NCBI GenBank assembly: GCA_963806635.1
Contig: CAWDZA010000015.1
Location: 560,538 to 624,537, forward strand
Source: an uncultured Chloroflexia bacterium
Lineage (GTDB): Bacteria; Chloroflexota; Anaerolineae; Anaerolineales; Anaerolineaceae
Direction of reading: 5' to 3'
DNA length: 64,000 bases
Part shown: positions 9,699 through 18,803 of the stretch, piece by piece
How positions within the stretch are numbered: position 1 is the first letter of the stretch
How the letters are laid out: each line of letters begins with the position of its first letter
Position numbers and translations under genes: made by a program
Notes under the pieces: generated by a model
Databases searched by the model: none
Told to the model about the DNA's origin: nothing
What the model saw: only the letters and a program-made list of their open reading frames with translations

Positions 9699-10637
9699 AT
9701 GAAATCCTCTGGCGAAGAAAAAGTTGTTTCACCTTATCTGGTATTGGGGTTTGGGATCCTGGCAGTCTCCACAGCTTCCATTTTTATACGATATGCCCAG
9801 CAGATGGCACCCTCACTTGCTATCGGCGCTTTTCGCCTGCTCATTGCCGCTGCCATCCTCGCGCCATTTGCATTTTCTAAAAATGCGCCTGAAATACGGG
9901 AATTTGACCGAAAAAAATGGGGGTTGATCATTCTGGCAGGGGGTTTCCTGGCGCTGCATTTTGCAGCCTGGATCACCTCGCTGGAATACACAACTGTGGC
10001 CAGCTCAGTTGTCCTGGTAACGACCGCTCCCCTCTGGGTAGCAATATTCTCACCGATCTTCTTGAAGGAGAAGATTACGCGTTTGACGATGATCGGCATC
10101 ATCGTTGCGTTGTTGGGGAGTTTGATCGTCACATCCAGCAATCTGTGTCAATTTTCCAGCAACCAAAATTCATGCTCCAGTCTGGGGACAACGGGGGATA
10201 GCCGATCGCTATTTGGTGACTTTTTGGCCTTACTCGGCGCATTTTTATCAGCCGGGTATCTGATGGCTGGAAGGAAATTACGAAAAACGACCGGTTTGCT
10301 TCCTTATACTTTTACTGTTTATGCGGTGGCAGCGGTGTGTATGGCGGGATTGATGGTGATTCGGCGGACTCCATTCACGGGGTATCCTTGGACGGCTTAC
10401 CTCCTATTTTTCGCGCTGGCCGTAATTCCCCAGATATTAGGGCACTCCTCGTTCAATTATGCCCTGCGGTATAAATCCTCAGCGCTGGTTTCGGTTGCGC
10501 TGCTGGGTGAACCGGTGGGAACTGTGATCCTGGCGTTCTTCTTATTGAAGGAAACACCTTCCATGCCGGAGATCGTAGGTGGCATCATTATTCTTTCTGG
10601 AATTTATCTCGTCTCCAGAACGAGCGGAGACGAATAG
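9699..10637 (+). CDS. EamA/DMT-family transporter (10 TM)
   Basis: Two EamA-like 5-TM halves, hydrophobic throughout. Confidence 0.7.
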   Translation: MKSSGEEKVVSPYLVLGFGILAVSTASIFIRYAQQMAPSLAIGAFRLLIAAAILAPFAFSKNAPEIREFDRKKWGLIILAGGFLALHFAAWITSLEYTTVASSVVLVTTAPLWVAIFSPIFLKEKITRLTMIGIIVALLGSLIVTSSNLCQFSSNQNSCSSLGTTGDSRSLFGDFLALLGAFLSAGYLMAGRKLRKTTGLLPYTFTVYAVAAVCMAGLMVIRRTPFTGYPWTAYLLFFALAVIPQILGHSSFNYALRYKSSALVSVALLGEPVGTVILAFFLLKETPSMPEIVGGIIILSGIYLVSRTSGDE

Positions 10638-10644
10638 CAGCTGA

Positions 10645-12150
10645 TCAAGAGTTTTCAGGTTTGGAACGAGCGTAGAGAAAATTCATTTCCTGTATTCGCA
10701 ACCGCAATGCTTCATCCAATGCGCTTGCATCCATCCTCCAGGACCAGTTCCCACCCAGCTTGCCAGGGAAATTCATTCTGGCTTCCGGGCCCAAGCTGAG
10801 AAAATCCTGCATAGGCGCGAGCGCCATCACCGCAACCGAAGACCAAACCGCTCGGATCATATCCCAGGAAATATCAGAACCGGAGCGAGCTAGATACCGC
10901 CGGCAAAGATCGCGCTCCTTCTCTGGAGCAGTTTCGTACCAACCGCGGACAGTGTCGTTATCGTGGGTGCCGGTATAAGCAACGCAATTCACCGGGTAAT
11001 TATGGGGCAGGAAGGGATCCTCGGGATCTGAGGCAAACGCGAATTGGAGGATCTTCATTCCAGGCAGAGCGAATTGATCCCGAAGGGCAAAAACATCCGG
11101 GGTGATCTCGCCCAAGTCTTCGGCAATGATGGGTAGATCGACTAGCGAAGTCTGGAGCGCATTTAGAAAGGAATCTCCGGGGCCTTTCACCCATCGACCG
11201 ATTTCCGCGGTGGGGTTCCCCGCAGGGATCTCCCAATAAGCAGCGAAGCCGCGGAAGTGATCCAGGCGGAGCAGATCAAATTGACGCAGGTTGGCGCCTA
11301 CGCGCTTGATCCACCAACTGTAGCCATCTCTTTTATGCACATTCCAGCGGTAAAGCGGATTTCCCCAAAGCTGACCGGTAGGAGAAAAATAATCTGGCGG
11401 AACGCCGGCAACCACCGTGGGAAGGCGCTTTTTATTGAAAAAAAACATTTCTGGATGCGACCAGGCATCCGCACTATCGGCTGAGATGAAGATAGGGATA
11501 TCCCCGATGATTCTCAGACCCTTTGAATTCGCAAAATTCTTCAGCGTGGACCACTGGCGGAAAAAGAAGAATTGCAGGAAATATTGATAAGTGATTGCAT
11601 TTGAATTGTTTCTCACGAACTCTTCTAATACACGGGGATCGCGAAAGCGGAATTCCTCTGGCCAATCCTGCCAACCAACACCACCGAAAGTGCGTTTGAT
11701 CGCCATAAAGAGCGCGAAATCGGTAATCCAGAATTCTTGATCCTTGAGGAAATCACGATAATTATCCAGGAGCTGATGACGTTTGGTTTTCTGAAATCGT
11801 TTATATGCAATTGCGAGAAGTTTATCCTTCCAGTCCATCATTGCCGGGAAATCGACAGCTTCCCGGTTTAAGGCAGGACGTGTGGAAAAATCATCGAGTC
11901 GGAGCAGGCCATCATCCAAAAGGAGTGAGGGTGAGATCAAATATGGGTTTCCTGCAAAAGCCGAGAAACACTGGTAGGGAGAATCACCGTACCCTGTTTG
12001 ACCCAGCGGCAATACCTGCCAGAGAGAACAGCCCGAATCGGCCAGGAATTCCACCCAGCGGTAGGCTTCGGGTCCAAGATCTCCGATGCCATCCGGTCCG
12101 GGAAGGCTGGTGGGATGCAGGATAATCCCTGCGCTTCGTGAATATTTCAT
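10645..12150 (-). CDS. malQ: 4-alpha-glucanotransferase (amylomaltase, GH77)
   Basis: AGIILHPTSLPGP...LGP.AYRWVEFLADSGCSLWQVLPLG and GNPYLISP. The start overlaps the glgA stop. Confidence 0.9.
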   Translation of the reverse strand: MKYSRSAGIILHPTSLPGPDGIGDLGPEAYRWVEFLADSGCSLWQVLPLGQTGYGDSPYQCFSAFAGNPYLISPSLLLDDGLLRLDDFSTRPALNREAVDFPAMMDWKDKLLAIAYKRFQKTKRHQLLDNYRDFLKDQEFWITDFALFMAIKRTFGGVGWQDWPEEFRFRDPRVLEEFVRNNSNAITYQYFLQFFFFRQWSTLKNFANSKGLRIIGDIPIFISADSADAWSHPEMFFFNKKRLPTVVAGVPPDYFSPTGQLWGNPLYRWNVHKRDGYSWWIKRVGANLRQFDLLRLDHFRGFAAYWEIPAGNPTAEIGRWVKGPGDSFLNALQTSLVDLPIIAEDLGEITPDVFALRDQFALPGMKILQFAFASDPEDPFLPHNYPVNCVAYTGTHDNDTVRGWYETAPEKERDLCRRYLARSGSDISWDMIRAVWSSVAVMALAPMQDFLSLGPEARMNFPGKLGGNWSWRMDASALDEALRLRIQEMNFLYARSKPENS

Positions 12151-13616
12151 TTTTCATCCGCTTTTGTTTGAACAAGCTCCGAGTAAACTCGCGCATACTT
12201 CAAGGCAGATTTTCCCCAGGAGAAATCGGCTTTCATCGCATTTACCCGAATTTCAGACCAATATTTAATATCCGAAAAATCCTGGATAGCGGCAGATAAA
12301 CCTGTGCTAAACAGATCCACGTTTGGATGGCGAACCAGGTAGCCAGTTTTCCTTTTCCGAGGGGCATTGGTGATGGTGTCTTTTAGACCGCCGGTTGCCG
12401 TGGCGACGGGGATGCAACCATACCGCATGGCTATCAGCTGCGAGAGGCCACAGGGTTCGTAACGGGAGGGCATCAGGAGAATATCCCCGCCAGCGTACAT
12501 CCGATGGGAGAGATCGGAGTCGAATTTTAGGATCGAGCGAACCCGTTTTTTATATTTCTTTTCAAGTGCGAGGCATTCTTTTTCGAGCCGAGGATCGCCG
12601 CTGCCCAATATAACCGTCTGCCAGCGGGTACTGGCAAGTCCGCGGAGCGTCTGGAGAGCGATATCTATCCCTTTTTGAATATCCATGCGACTGATCAGAA
12701 CCAGTAATGGCATATCCGCATCTTCTGGGAGGTTCAGTTCATTTTGGAGGGCGATCTTGTTCTTTTGTTTAGCGATAAGCGTAACCGGACCGAAATTCGT
12801 TGAAATTAACGGATCAGTTAGCGGATCCCAAACTTGGGTATCTATCCCATTCAAAATGCCGGTTATTTTATGCCTATTCTTTTTGAGAAAACGATTCAAA
12901 CCGCAGCCGAATTTCGTTGTCTGAATCTCCTGGGCGTATTGCAGAGAAACCGGAATGATTCGATCGACTGTGGAAAGTCCCATGGGCAGAGGATGGCTCC
13001 GACCCCAAATGGGTAGATCCTCCGTGGTGGCGGGGGGGATCTGAAATTCAGCCAGGGAACTCTCCGTGCCTGCACCCATGAAAGGCAGATTGTGGAGGGT
13101 AAGTATCGAATGAGGGATTCGGTTACTGCCAGGCTGGACATTAAGGTAAGCGGCCAGGGCGGTATGCCAGTCATTCACATGCAGGATGTTCGGTTTCCAG
13201 GTAATTGTTTCTATGAGTTTAAGGGCTGCAAGGGAAAATAGCGTGAATTTGATCCCATCCTCCGATGTCACCTGGCTGTAAACAACCGGGGCGTTGTCAA
13301 TTATTGCGGCATCAATAAGATAGAAGACTACACCACCAACATCCGCAGAATAGACCCTCACCCGGTAATTCGAATTCAAGGATTTTATGAAAAAAGTGGC
13401 AGTGGGAGGGGTATTTTTATAGCTTTGATCAATTTGAGGATGATAAGGGATCGCAACGCGGATATCCAACTTCACGGGTTTATCATCCAGGTGGTGGATC
13501 TGCCTTAGTGCTAAAGGCAAGGCGCCAGCCACATCCCCCAGACCGCCAACTTTAATGAAAGGTACAGCCTCAGCGGCGAGGAAAAAGACTTTGATTTCGG
13601 TTAGGGAGCCCTTCAA
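12147..13616 (-). CDS. glgA: Glycogen synthase (GT5), TTG start
   Basis: KVFFLAAEAVPFIKVGGLGDVAGALP. The N-terminus begins with a TTG codon at 13616, and no in-frame ATG is nearby. Confidence 0.9.
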   Translation of the reverse strand: MKGSLTEIKVFFLAAEAVPFIKVGGLGDVAGALPLALRQIHHLDDKPVKLDIRVAIPYHPQIDQSYKNTPPTATFFIKSLNSNYRVRVYSADVGGVVFYLIDAAIIDNAPVVYSQVTSEDGIKFTLFSLAALKLIETITWKPNILHVNDWHTALAAYLNVQPGSNRIPHSILTLHNLPFMGAGTESSLAEFQIPPATTEDLPIWGRSHPLPMGLSTVDRIIPVSLQYAQEIQTTKFGCGLNRFLKKNRHKITGILNGIDTQVWDPLTDPLISTNFGPVTLIAKQKNKIALQNELNLPEDADMPLLVLISRMDIQKGIDIALQTLRGLASTRWQTVILGSGDPRLEKECLALEKKYKKRVRSILKFDSDLSHRMYAGGDILLMPSRYEPCGLSQLIAMRYGCIPVATATGGLKDTITNAPRKRKTGYLVRHPNVDLFSTGLSAAIQDFSDIKYWSEIRVNAMKADFSWGKSALKYARVYSELVQTKADEK

Positions 13617-13628
13617 TTGTTTGCCTGG

Positions 13629-15599
13629 TTATTTCGAGACCTCGAAATAGTCCTTTGAAACCATTTCCACCGGACCCTGGTAAAGCGTTTTGATCAATTC
13701 GATCGAAAGTTTCGATTTAAGGTCAGCATCCTGCCTGGACCAGGTGCGGCTCTTTATCTCGAAGAAATTTCCAATGGATGGAGAAATCATTTTGTCGATA
13801 TTGATAAAGAATTCCTCCCCCTTGAAATTCACCAGGAATCGACGGCGATCCTTCTCAATTTCAACCTCTTTCACCGGTTTGAAATACTCCCGATAGAAGC
13901 GCAGGCTTTGGGTCGCAGGGGCAAGATACCTGGAGCGTGAAAGCAGAACATCCTGCGGGAAACGGAATTCCACCGCTTTTCCGATCAGGGTGAGCCGGGA
14001 GCGCACAGTGGTCACCTGGCCGCGATCGTCGATAAAATGGTCCTCGCGGTAGCGCAGGAACCCCTGATTTTCATCATCGAAAATGAAATAGGTATCATAT
14101 TCGTGGTAATGACGCCGACGGATGATCTCGATCCCGGAGGATTCAAGCGCAGCGATCACCTGCTCTGGATCCGGGATGGCCGTCTTGGCTTGCACTTCGA
14201 AACTCTCCTCCTCGGTTAGCCCGCCGACCGCGATCAACTTGGAAAGAACAGATTCCTCGCGCTGGATCAGGAAGGTATCTATCCGCCGGGCGTAATCCTG
14301 GGCTTCCCTAAGGATCTCATCCTCATTAATAGTGAGCAGGACTTTATCCTGCATCAACCATTTGCCATCGACCATCACATCGGTGACATCGCTGGATTTG
14401 GCGGAATAGACTATTTGCGCATAGGCTGCATTCGGATCACGCTGGAAGCGCGGAGAGCTGTGCAGACGGGAAAGGTCGATCAGAATCAAATCAGCACGTT
14501 TACCCGGCTCGAGCGATCCAGTGATATCGCCAATATGCAGGGCTTTAGCTCCCATGGAAGTAGACATTTGAAGTGCCTGCTGGGCTGGCAGGGCAGTGGG
14601 ATCATTGCTAGTGGTTTTGGCAAGGAACGCAGCCAGGCGAACTTCTTCGAACATATCCAGATCATTATTTGACGCCGGGCCATCTGTACCGATGCCAACC
14701 TGCAGACCAGCATCTAGCATGCGTTTCACTGGAGCTGCGCCGGAGGCGAGCTTCAAGTTTGAAGAGGGGTTATGGGCAACGCCGGCGTGGGCATGGAGCA
14801 GGGTACGCATTTCTCCATCATCGATCCACACACAATGCGCAGCCAGGACTTTCGCTTCCAACAAGCCCTGCTTTTTGACCCAGGGCACAACTGGCATACC
14901 CTGGTCGCGCCGCATGTTCTCCACTTCAAGCTGGGTTTCTGAAATGTGGATCTGCAGCGGGATATCGAATTCCATTGCCAGGTCCGCTGAAGCACGCAAG
15001 ATCTCAGGGGTGCAGGTGTATGGCGCGTGCGGAGCAACCGAAGGTACGATTAAAGAATGGTTCTTCCATTTCTTAATAAACTCGCGGGAATATTCAAGTG
15101 ATTCCTCGAAGAATTTCGCATCGGGGGTGGGGAACTTCATTACGCTTTCACCGCACACCCCGCGCATGCCCACTTCAGCGGTGGCGGTGGCAACATCATC
15201 CTCGAAATAATACATGTCTGCAAAAGCTGTAACACCGCTGCGGATCAACTCGGCACAGGCCAGACGGGTACCCAGATTGACGAATTGGGGGGAGACGAAT
15301 TCCCGTTCCACCGGCATCATATATCCCATCAGCCAGACGTCCAAACGGAGGTCATCGGCGAGACCCCTTAAAAGCGTCATGGGGACGTGTGTGTGGGCGT
15401 TTACAAGACCAGGCATTAAAACCTTGCCATGACAATCGATAACATTCGAAGCCGTGTATCGCGACCGAATGTCCGCTTCTGGACCTACTGCAAGGATTTT
15501 TTGACCCTGGATGGCAATGGCTCCGTTAGAAAATTGAGAAAGGGTCGAATCCATTGTCAAAATGAAAGCGTTTACGAGAATGAGATCAGCTTGTTCCAT
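13629..15599 (-). CDS. Fusion protein: MtaD/SAH-deaminase-like amidohydrolase (aa 1 to approx. 440) plus C-terminal CYTH (CyaB / thiamine triphosphatase-like triphosphate tunnel) domain
   Basis: N-terminal VLMPGLVNAHTHVPMTLLRGLADDLRLDVWL. C-terminal IEIIRRRHYHEYDTYF...LRYRED...IEKDRRRFLVNFKGEEFFINIDKMISPSIGNFFEIKS parallels CyaB EVELKFRV...DIYLD...[29 protein letters not shown]. Confidence 0.7.
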   Translation of the reverse strand: MEQADLILVNAFILTMDSTLSQFSNGAIAIQGQKILAVGPEADIRSRYTASNVIDCHGKVLMPGLVNAHTHVPMTLLRGLADDLRLDVWLMGYMMPVEREFVSPQFVNLGTRLACAELIRSGVTAFADMYYFEDDVATATAEVGMRGVCGESVMKFPTPDAKFFEESLEYSREFIKKWKNHSLIVPSVAPHAPYTCTPEILRASADLAMEFDIPLQIHISETQLEVENMRRDQGMPVVPWVKKQGLLEAKVLAAHCVWIDDGEMRTLLHAHAGVAHNPSSNLKLASGAAPVKRMLDAGLQVGIGTDGPASNNDLDMFEEVRLAAFLAKTTSNDPTALPAQQALQMSTSMGAKALHIGDITGSLEPGKRADLILIDLSRLHSSPRFQRDPNAAYAQIVYSAKSSDVTDVMVDGKWLMQDKVLLTINEDEILREAQDYARRIDTFLIQREESVLSKLIAVGGLTEEESFEVQAKTAIPDPEQVIAALESSGIEIIRRRHYHEYDTYFIFDDENQGFLRYREDHFIDDRGQVTTVRSRLTLIGKAVEFRFPQDVLLSRSRYLAPATQSLRFYREYFKPVKEVEIEKDRRRFLVNFKGEEFFINIDKMISPSIGNFFEIKSRTWSRQDADLKSKLSIELIKTLYQGPVEMVSKDYFEVSK

Positions 15600-15621
15600 T
15601 TATTCCTGCCTTCAGGTGATT

Positions 15622-16770
15622 TTAACCCAGATTCCTGCGAATGAAATCCAAAATCATATTCCTGCGCCAGGTGTTCAGAGCACCGTTAGGACCGGCAAAG
15701 AACCGGGATGAATTAGCTTGCTTGTCACTCCATGACCAGGAAAGTGCCATGCCAGACCGAGAAGATTCATCAAAGAAATGAATTTCGAGGCACGGATCAA
15801 AACATTCATCCGGTGAGATAAAGCCATTTTTCATCTCTGCAGATTTCGGATAATCTGCTTGAGGTTTGGTGAAATTCATGTACGGCAGGAAATCTCCTGG
15901 GATTATTTTTTGGAGCTCTTCATGGTCCAGCCCGGTTGTAATAACCCGAAGGTTTATTTTCATTTCCTTAAATCGATCTGACACAACCGACGAAAGGCTT
16001 TGGGAACCCTCTCCAAATATGTGATCTGTAAGCCGGGCTGTGATCTGGGCGCGAAAAGGATCGATGAGCTCGGCTGCAGCTTTCGTGTTATCAGCTCTGG
16101 CCGTGATGCGGATATCCACCAAACCTGGATGTGCGAGCAGGCCGACTGTTGGGTTCCGGGATCTTTCAAGATCGGCGATCTGCTCATCCACCATGGATTC
16201 ACCGATACCTGAGCAATGCAGGATGGTTGACATAATTACCGAATGGATTTGATATTTTTTCTGAATGAAAGGGAGAATGCTCTCCAGCAAAATGATCTCC
16301 ATTTCACCTGGAACTCCAGGCAGCGAGGTGACCATTCGATCGTCCAACTCTACGATGAATGCAGGCGCAGTCCCGACAGGGTTTTGAACAGCAATTGCCC
16401 CTTCTGGAATGAATGCCTGAACACGGTTATTATCTGTGGCAGGGCGATTCAGAAGCTGAAAACGTGCCTGAATCGATTCCCAAAGAACGTCATGGAAAAC
16501 AAGTTCTCGGTAAAAAGCGGATGCCACAGCCGCCCGGGTGGGATCATCCACTGTGGGGCCCAGACCGCCAGTTGTGATGACGATTTGCGCACGTTGCAGC
16601 GATTCGCGGATCATCACCGCGATACGTTCCTGGTTATCCCCAACGATCGAGGTGCGAAAAAGGTCGATTCCCAATTCTCGCAGATGCCGGGCAATATATG
16701 CGGTGTTGGTATCAACATTATCACCAAGCAGCAATTCCGTGCCGATTGCGATGATTTCAGCAGTAGTCAT
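15622..16770 (-). CDS. cinA: CinA-like competence/damage-inducible protein (MoCF-biosynthesis-like N-domain)
   Basis: MTTAEIIAIGTELLLG...IVITTGGLGPTVDDPT. Confidence 0.8.
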   Translation of the reverse strand: MTTAEIIAIGTELLLGDNVDTNTAYIARHLRELGIDLFRTSIVGDNQERIAVMIRESLQRAQIVITTGGLGPTVDDPTRAAVASAFYRELVFHDVLWESIQARFQLLNRPATDNNRVQAFIPEGAIAVQNPVGTAPAFIVELDDRMVTSLPGVPGEMEIILLESILPFIQKKYQIHSVIMSTILHCSGIGESMVDEQIADLERSRNPTVGLLAHPGLVDIRITARADNTKAAAELIDPFRAQITARLTDHIFGEGSQSLSSVVSDRFKEMKINLRVITTGLDHEELQKIIPGDFLPYMNFTKPQADYPKSAEMKNGFISPDECFDPCLEIHFFDESSRSGMALSWSWSDKQANSSRFFAGPNGALNTWRRNMILDFIRRNLG

Positions 16771-16920
16771 TTTATTATTTTATCAGGGTGAATGCTGGTC
16801 ATGTTAAGTTGTAGATAAAGAAGGGGTAAATAATACCCCTGAACCAAAAAATTGATGTTTCGTATTGGCTGGCAGGTAAATATTGTAAGACTGATAACGA
16901 AATTATGGCAATATTTTGGA

Positions 16921-17424
16921 TCAGTAAGAAGATCCCTGCTGCTGGTAAAGGAGCGCTTCACGGATCTGCAGGTCAGCATTGCGGATCTTTCTGGCAAGGT
17001 CCACCGAGAGGTTGTACATCACAATGTAACCAAGCTCCGGGTTTGATTTGCACAGCTCGAGGAACCTAGCCCTTGTGATTTTAAGCAATCTGGTGTTATT
17101 TTCGCGGGCTATGGCGCTTGCAGAGCGGATACCTTCATCGACCAGGGCGATCTCTCCAAAACTCTGACCTTTGCGAAGAAGCGCGATGGCGGAAGGTTGG
17201 TTCGACTTTCGGTGGGAAGGTGCTACCAGGTCGGGATTGACCAGGATCTCCACAAGTCCCTGTTCCACCAAATAAAGCTCACCTTCGCGTGTGTTTTCCG
17301 AAAAGATAACCTCTCCCTCTTGAAAAACCAACTCCTCGCAGAGGTTCTCGATCAATTTCACCTGGCTGGGGTTAAGGTTATAGAATAGATCAGTCTCTAT
17401 CAGGAAATTGTTATACTTGGTCAT
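16921..17424 (-). CDS. Stand-alone cyclic-nucleotide-binding (CAP-effector) domain protein
   Basis: FQEGEVIFSENTREGELYLVEQGLVEI...GQSFGEIALVDEGIRSASAIA. Confidence 0.7.
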   Translation of the reverse strand: MTKYNNFLIETDLFYNLNPSQVKLIENLCEELVFQEGEVIFSENTREGELYLVEQGLVEILVNPDLVAPSHRKSNQPSAIALLRKGQSFGEIALVDEGIRSASAIARENNTRLLKITRARFLELCKSNPELGYIVMYNLSVDLARKIRNADLQIREALLYQQQGSSY

Positions 17425-17494
17425 AATTTCCTTCCAATATGGAATTAGTCACTCCTAGAAATCATACAACAAACTTAAGTGAAATACAAATCGG

Positions 17495-17866
17495 ATGACA
17501 AAAAAGAAAAACTGGAATCAGGAAATTGGGAGACGCGGAGAAGATCTGGCAGAGGAGTATTTTCGCAATCTTGGGTTTGAGATTCTTGCCCGAAACTATC
17601 ATACCGCCTATGGAGAAATAGACCTGGTTATCGAAAAAGAAAAGATGATCATCTTCATAGAGGTAAAAACCCGGACTGGATTGGAATACGGATATGGCGA
17701 AACAGCTGTGGATTCTGGCAAGTTGGAGCACCTGACGGCAGCCGCCGAATATTATATGGCTGCCGAGAACGTGGATACTGAATCTTGGCAAATTGACGTA
17801 TTGGCCGTCATGATCAATCCCAAAGGCGCCGCACCCGAATATGAATGGTTTGAAAATGTTGCCTGA
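17495..17866 (+). CDS. yraN: YraN-family (UPF0102) endonuclease-like protein
   Basis: GEDLAEEYFRNLGFEILARNYHTAYGEIDLV....IIFIEVKTR. Confidence 0.8.
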   Translation: MTKKKNWNQEIGRRGEDLAEEYFRNLGFEILARNYHTAYGEIDLVIEKEKMIIFIEVKTRTGLEYGYGETAVDSGKLEHLTAAAEYYMAAENVDTESWQIDVLAVMINPKGAAPEYEWFENVA

Positions 17867-18803
17867 ATACCCCGCGAATGGATTAATTCTAATCGTTGGA
17901 CCAACGGCAGTGGGGAAAACCCGGTTTGCGATTACACTTGCTCAGGAGATCAATGGCGAGATCATTTCAGCGGATTCAAGATCTTTCTATCGGGGGATGG
18001 ACATCGGGACGGCTAAACCAACAAAGGAAGAACAAGCACGTGTGCCGCACCATCTTGTCAATATCGCCGAGCCGGATGAAACCATTAGCTTAAACCTTTT
18101 CCTAAAACTCGTGCATTCCACAATTAAGGGAGTTCATTCACGAGGAAAAATACCAATTCTCGTCGGAGGAACCGGTCAATATATGCGATCCATCCTAGAT
18201 GGTTGGCAGATTCCGGAGGGTGAGCCTGACAAAACGTTGCGGTTGGTTCTCGAAAGCCTGGGGAAGGCAGAAGGTGAAAGCCGATTTCACGAACAACTAG
18301 CCGTTCTGGATAAAGATGCTGCGCTGACCATAGACCCAAAGAATCAGCGCCGGGTGGTGCGAGCGATGGAGGTGATTTTTACCACCGGGCGCAAGTTTTC
18401 TGAGCAGAAAACGCGAACAGGCAGTACGTACTCAAATTTAGTGATTGGACTCACCTTGCCAAGAGATGTTTTGTATGCCAGGGTGGACGCCCGGATTGAG
18501 CAAATGGTTAAGGCTGGGTTGGAAAGCGAAACCCGGAGTTTGGTGGAAAAGGGATACAACTGGGATCTGCCCTCGATGTCTGCCATTGGGTATAAGGAAA
18601 TGGGCATGATGATCCGAGGCGAGATTTCCGAACCAGAGGCTATCGTGTTGATGAAAAGACGCACGCGTATTTTTATTCGAAGACAGTCGGCCTGGTTCAA
18701 ACCAGACGACACAGGGATTCACTGGTTTGATGCAGATCGTGAAATTCTCCAAAGTGTCGAGAACTTGCTTTCAAATGATGCATCCTGGAGCATGAGGCCT
18801 TAA
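17856..18803 (+). CDS. miaA: tRNA dimethylallyltransferase
   Basis: LILIVGPTAVGKTRFAITLA...IISADSRSFYRGMDIGTAKPT. The ATG at 17856 is preferred; the ATG at 17841 is also possible. Confidence 0.9.
   Translation: MLPEYPANGLILIVGPTAVGKTRFAITLAQEINGEIISADSRSFYRGMDIGTAKPTKEEQARVPHHLVNIAEPDETISLNLFLKLVHSTIKGVHSRGKIPILVGGTGQYMRSILDGWQIPEGEPDKTLRLVLESLGKAEGESRFHEQLAVLDKDAALTIDPKNQRRVVRAMEVIFTTGRKFSEQKTRTGSTYSNLVIGLTLPRDVLYARVDARIEQMVKAGLESETRSLVEKGYNWDLPSMSAIGYKEMGMMIRGEISEPEAIVLMKRRTRIFIRRQSAWFKPDDTGIHWFDADREILQSVENLLSNDASWSMRP

Noticed and set aside
16833-16851. Hairpin AGGGG-N9-CCCCT downstream of the cNMP-binding gene
   Set aside because: The stem is short (5 bp) and the T-run is weak. It is a possible terminator but the evidence is insufficient.
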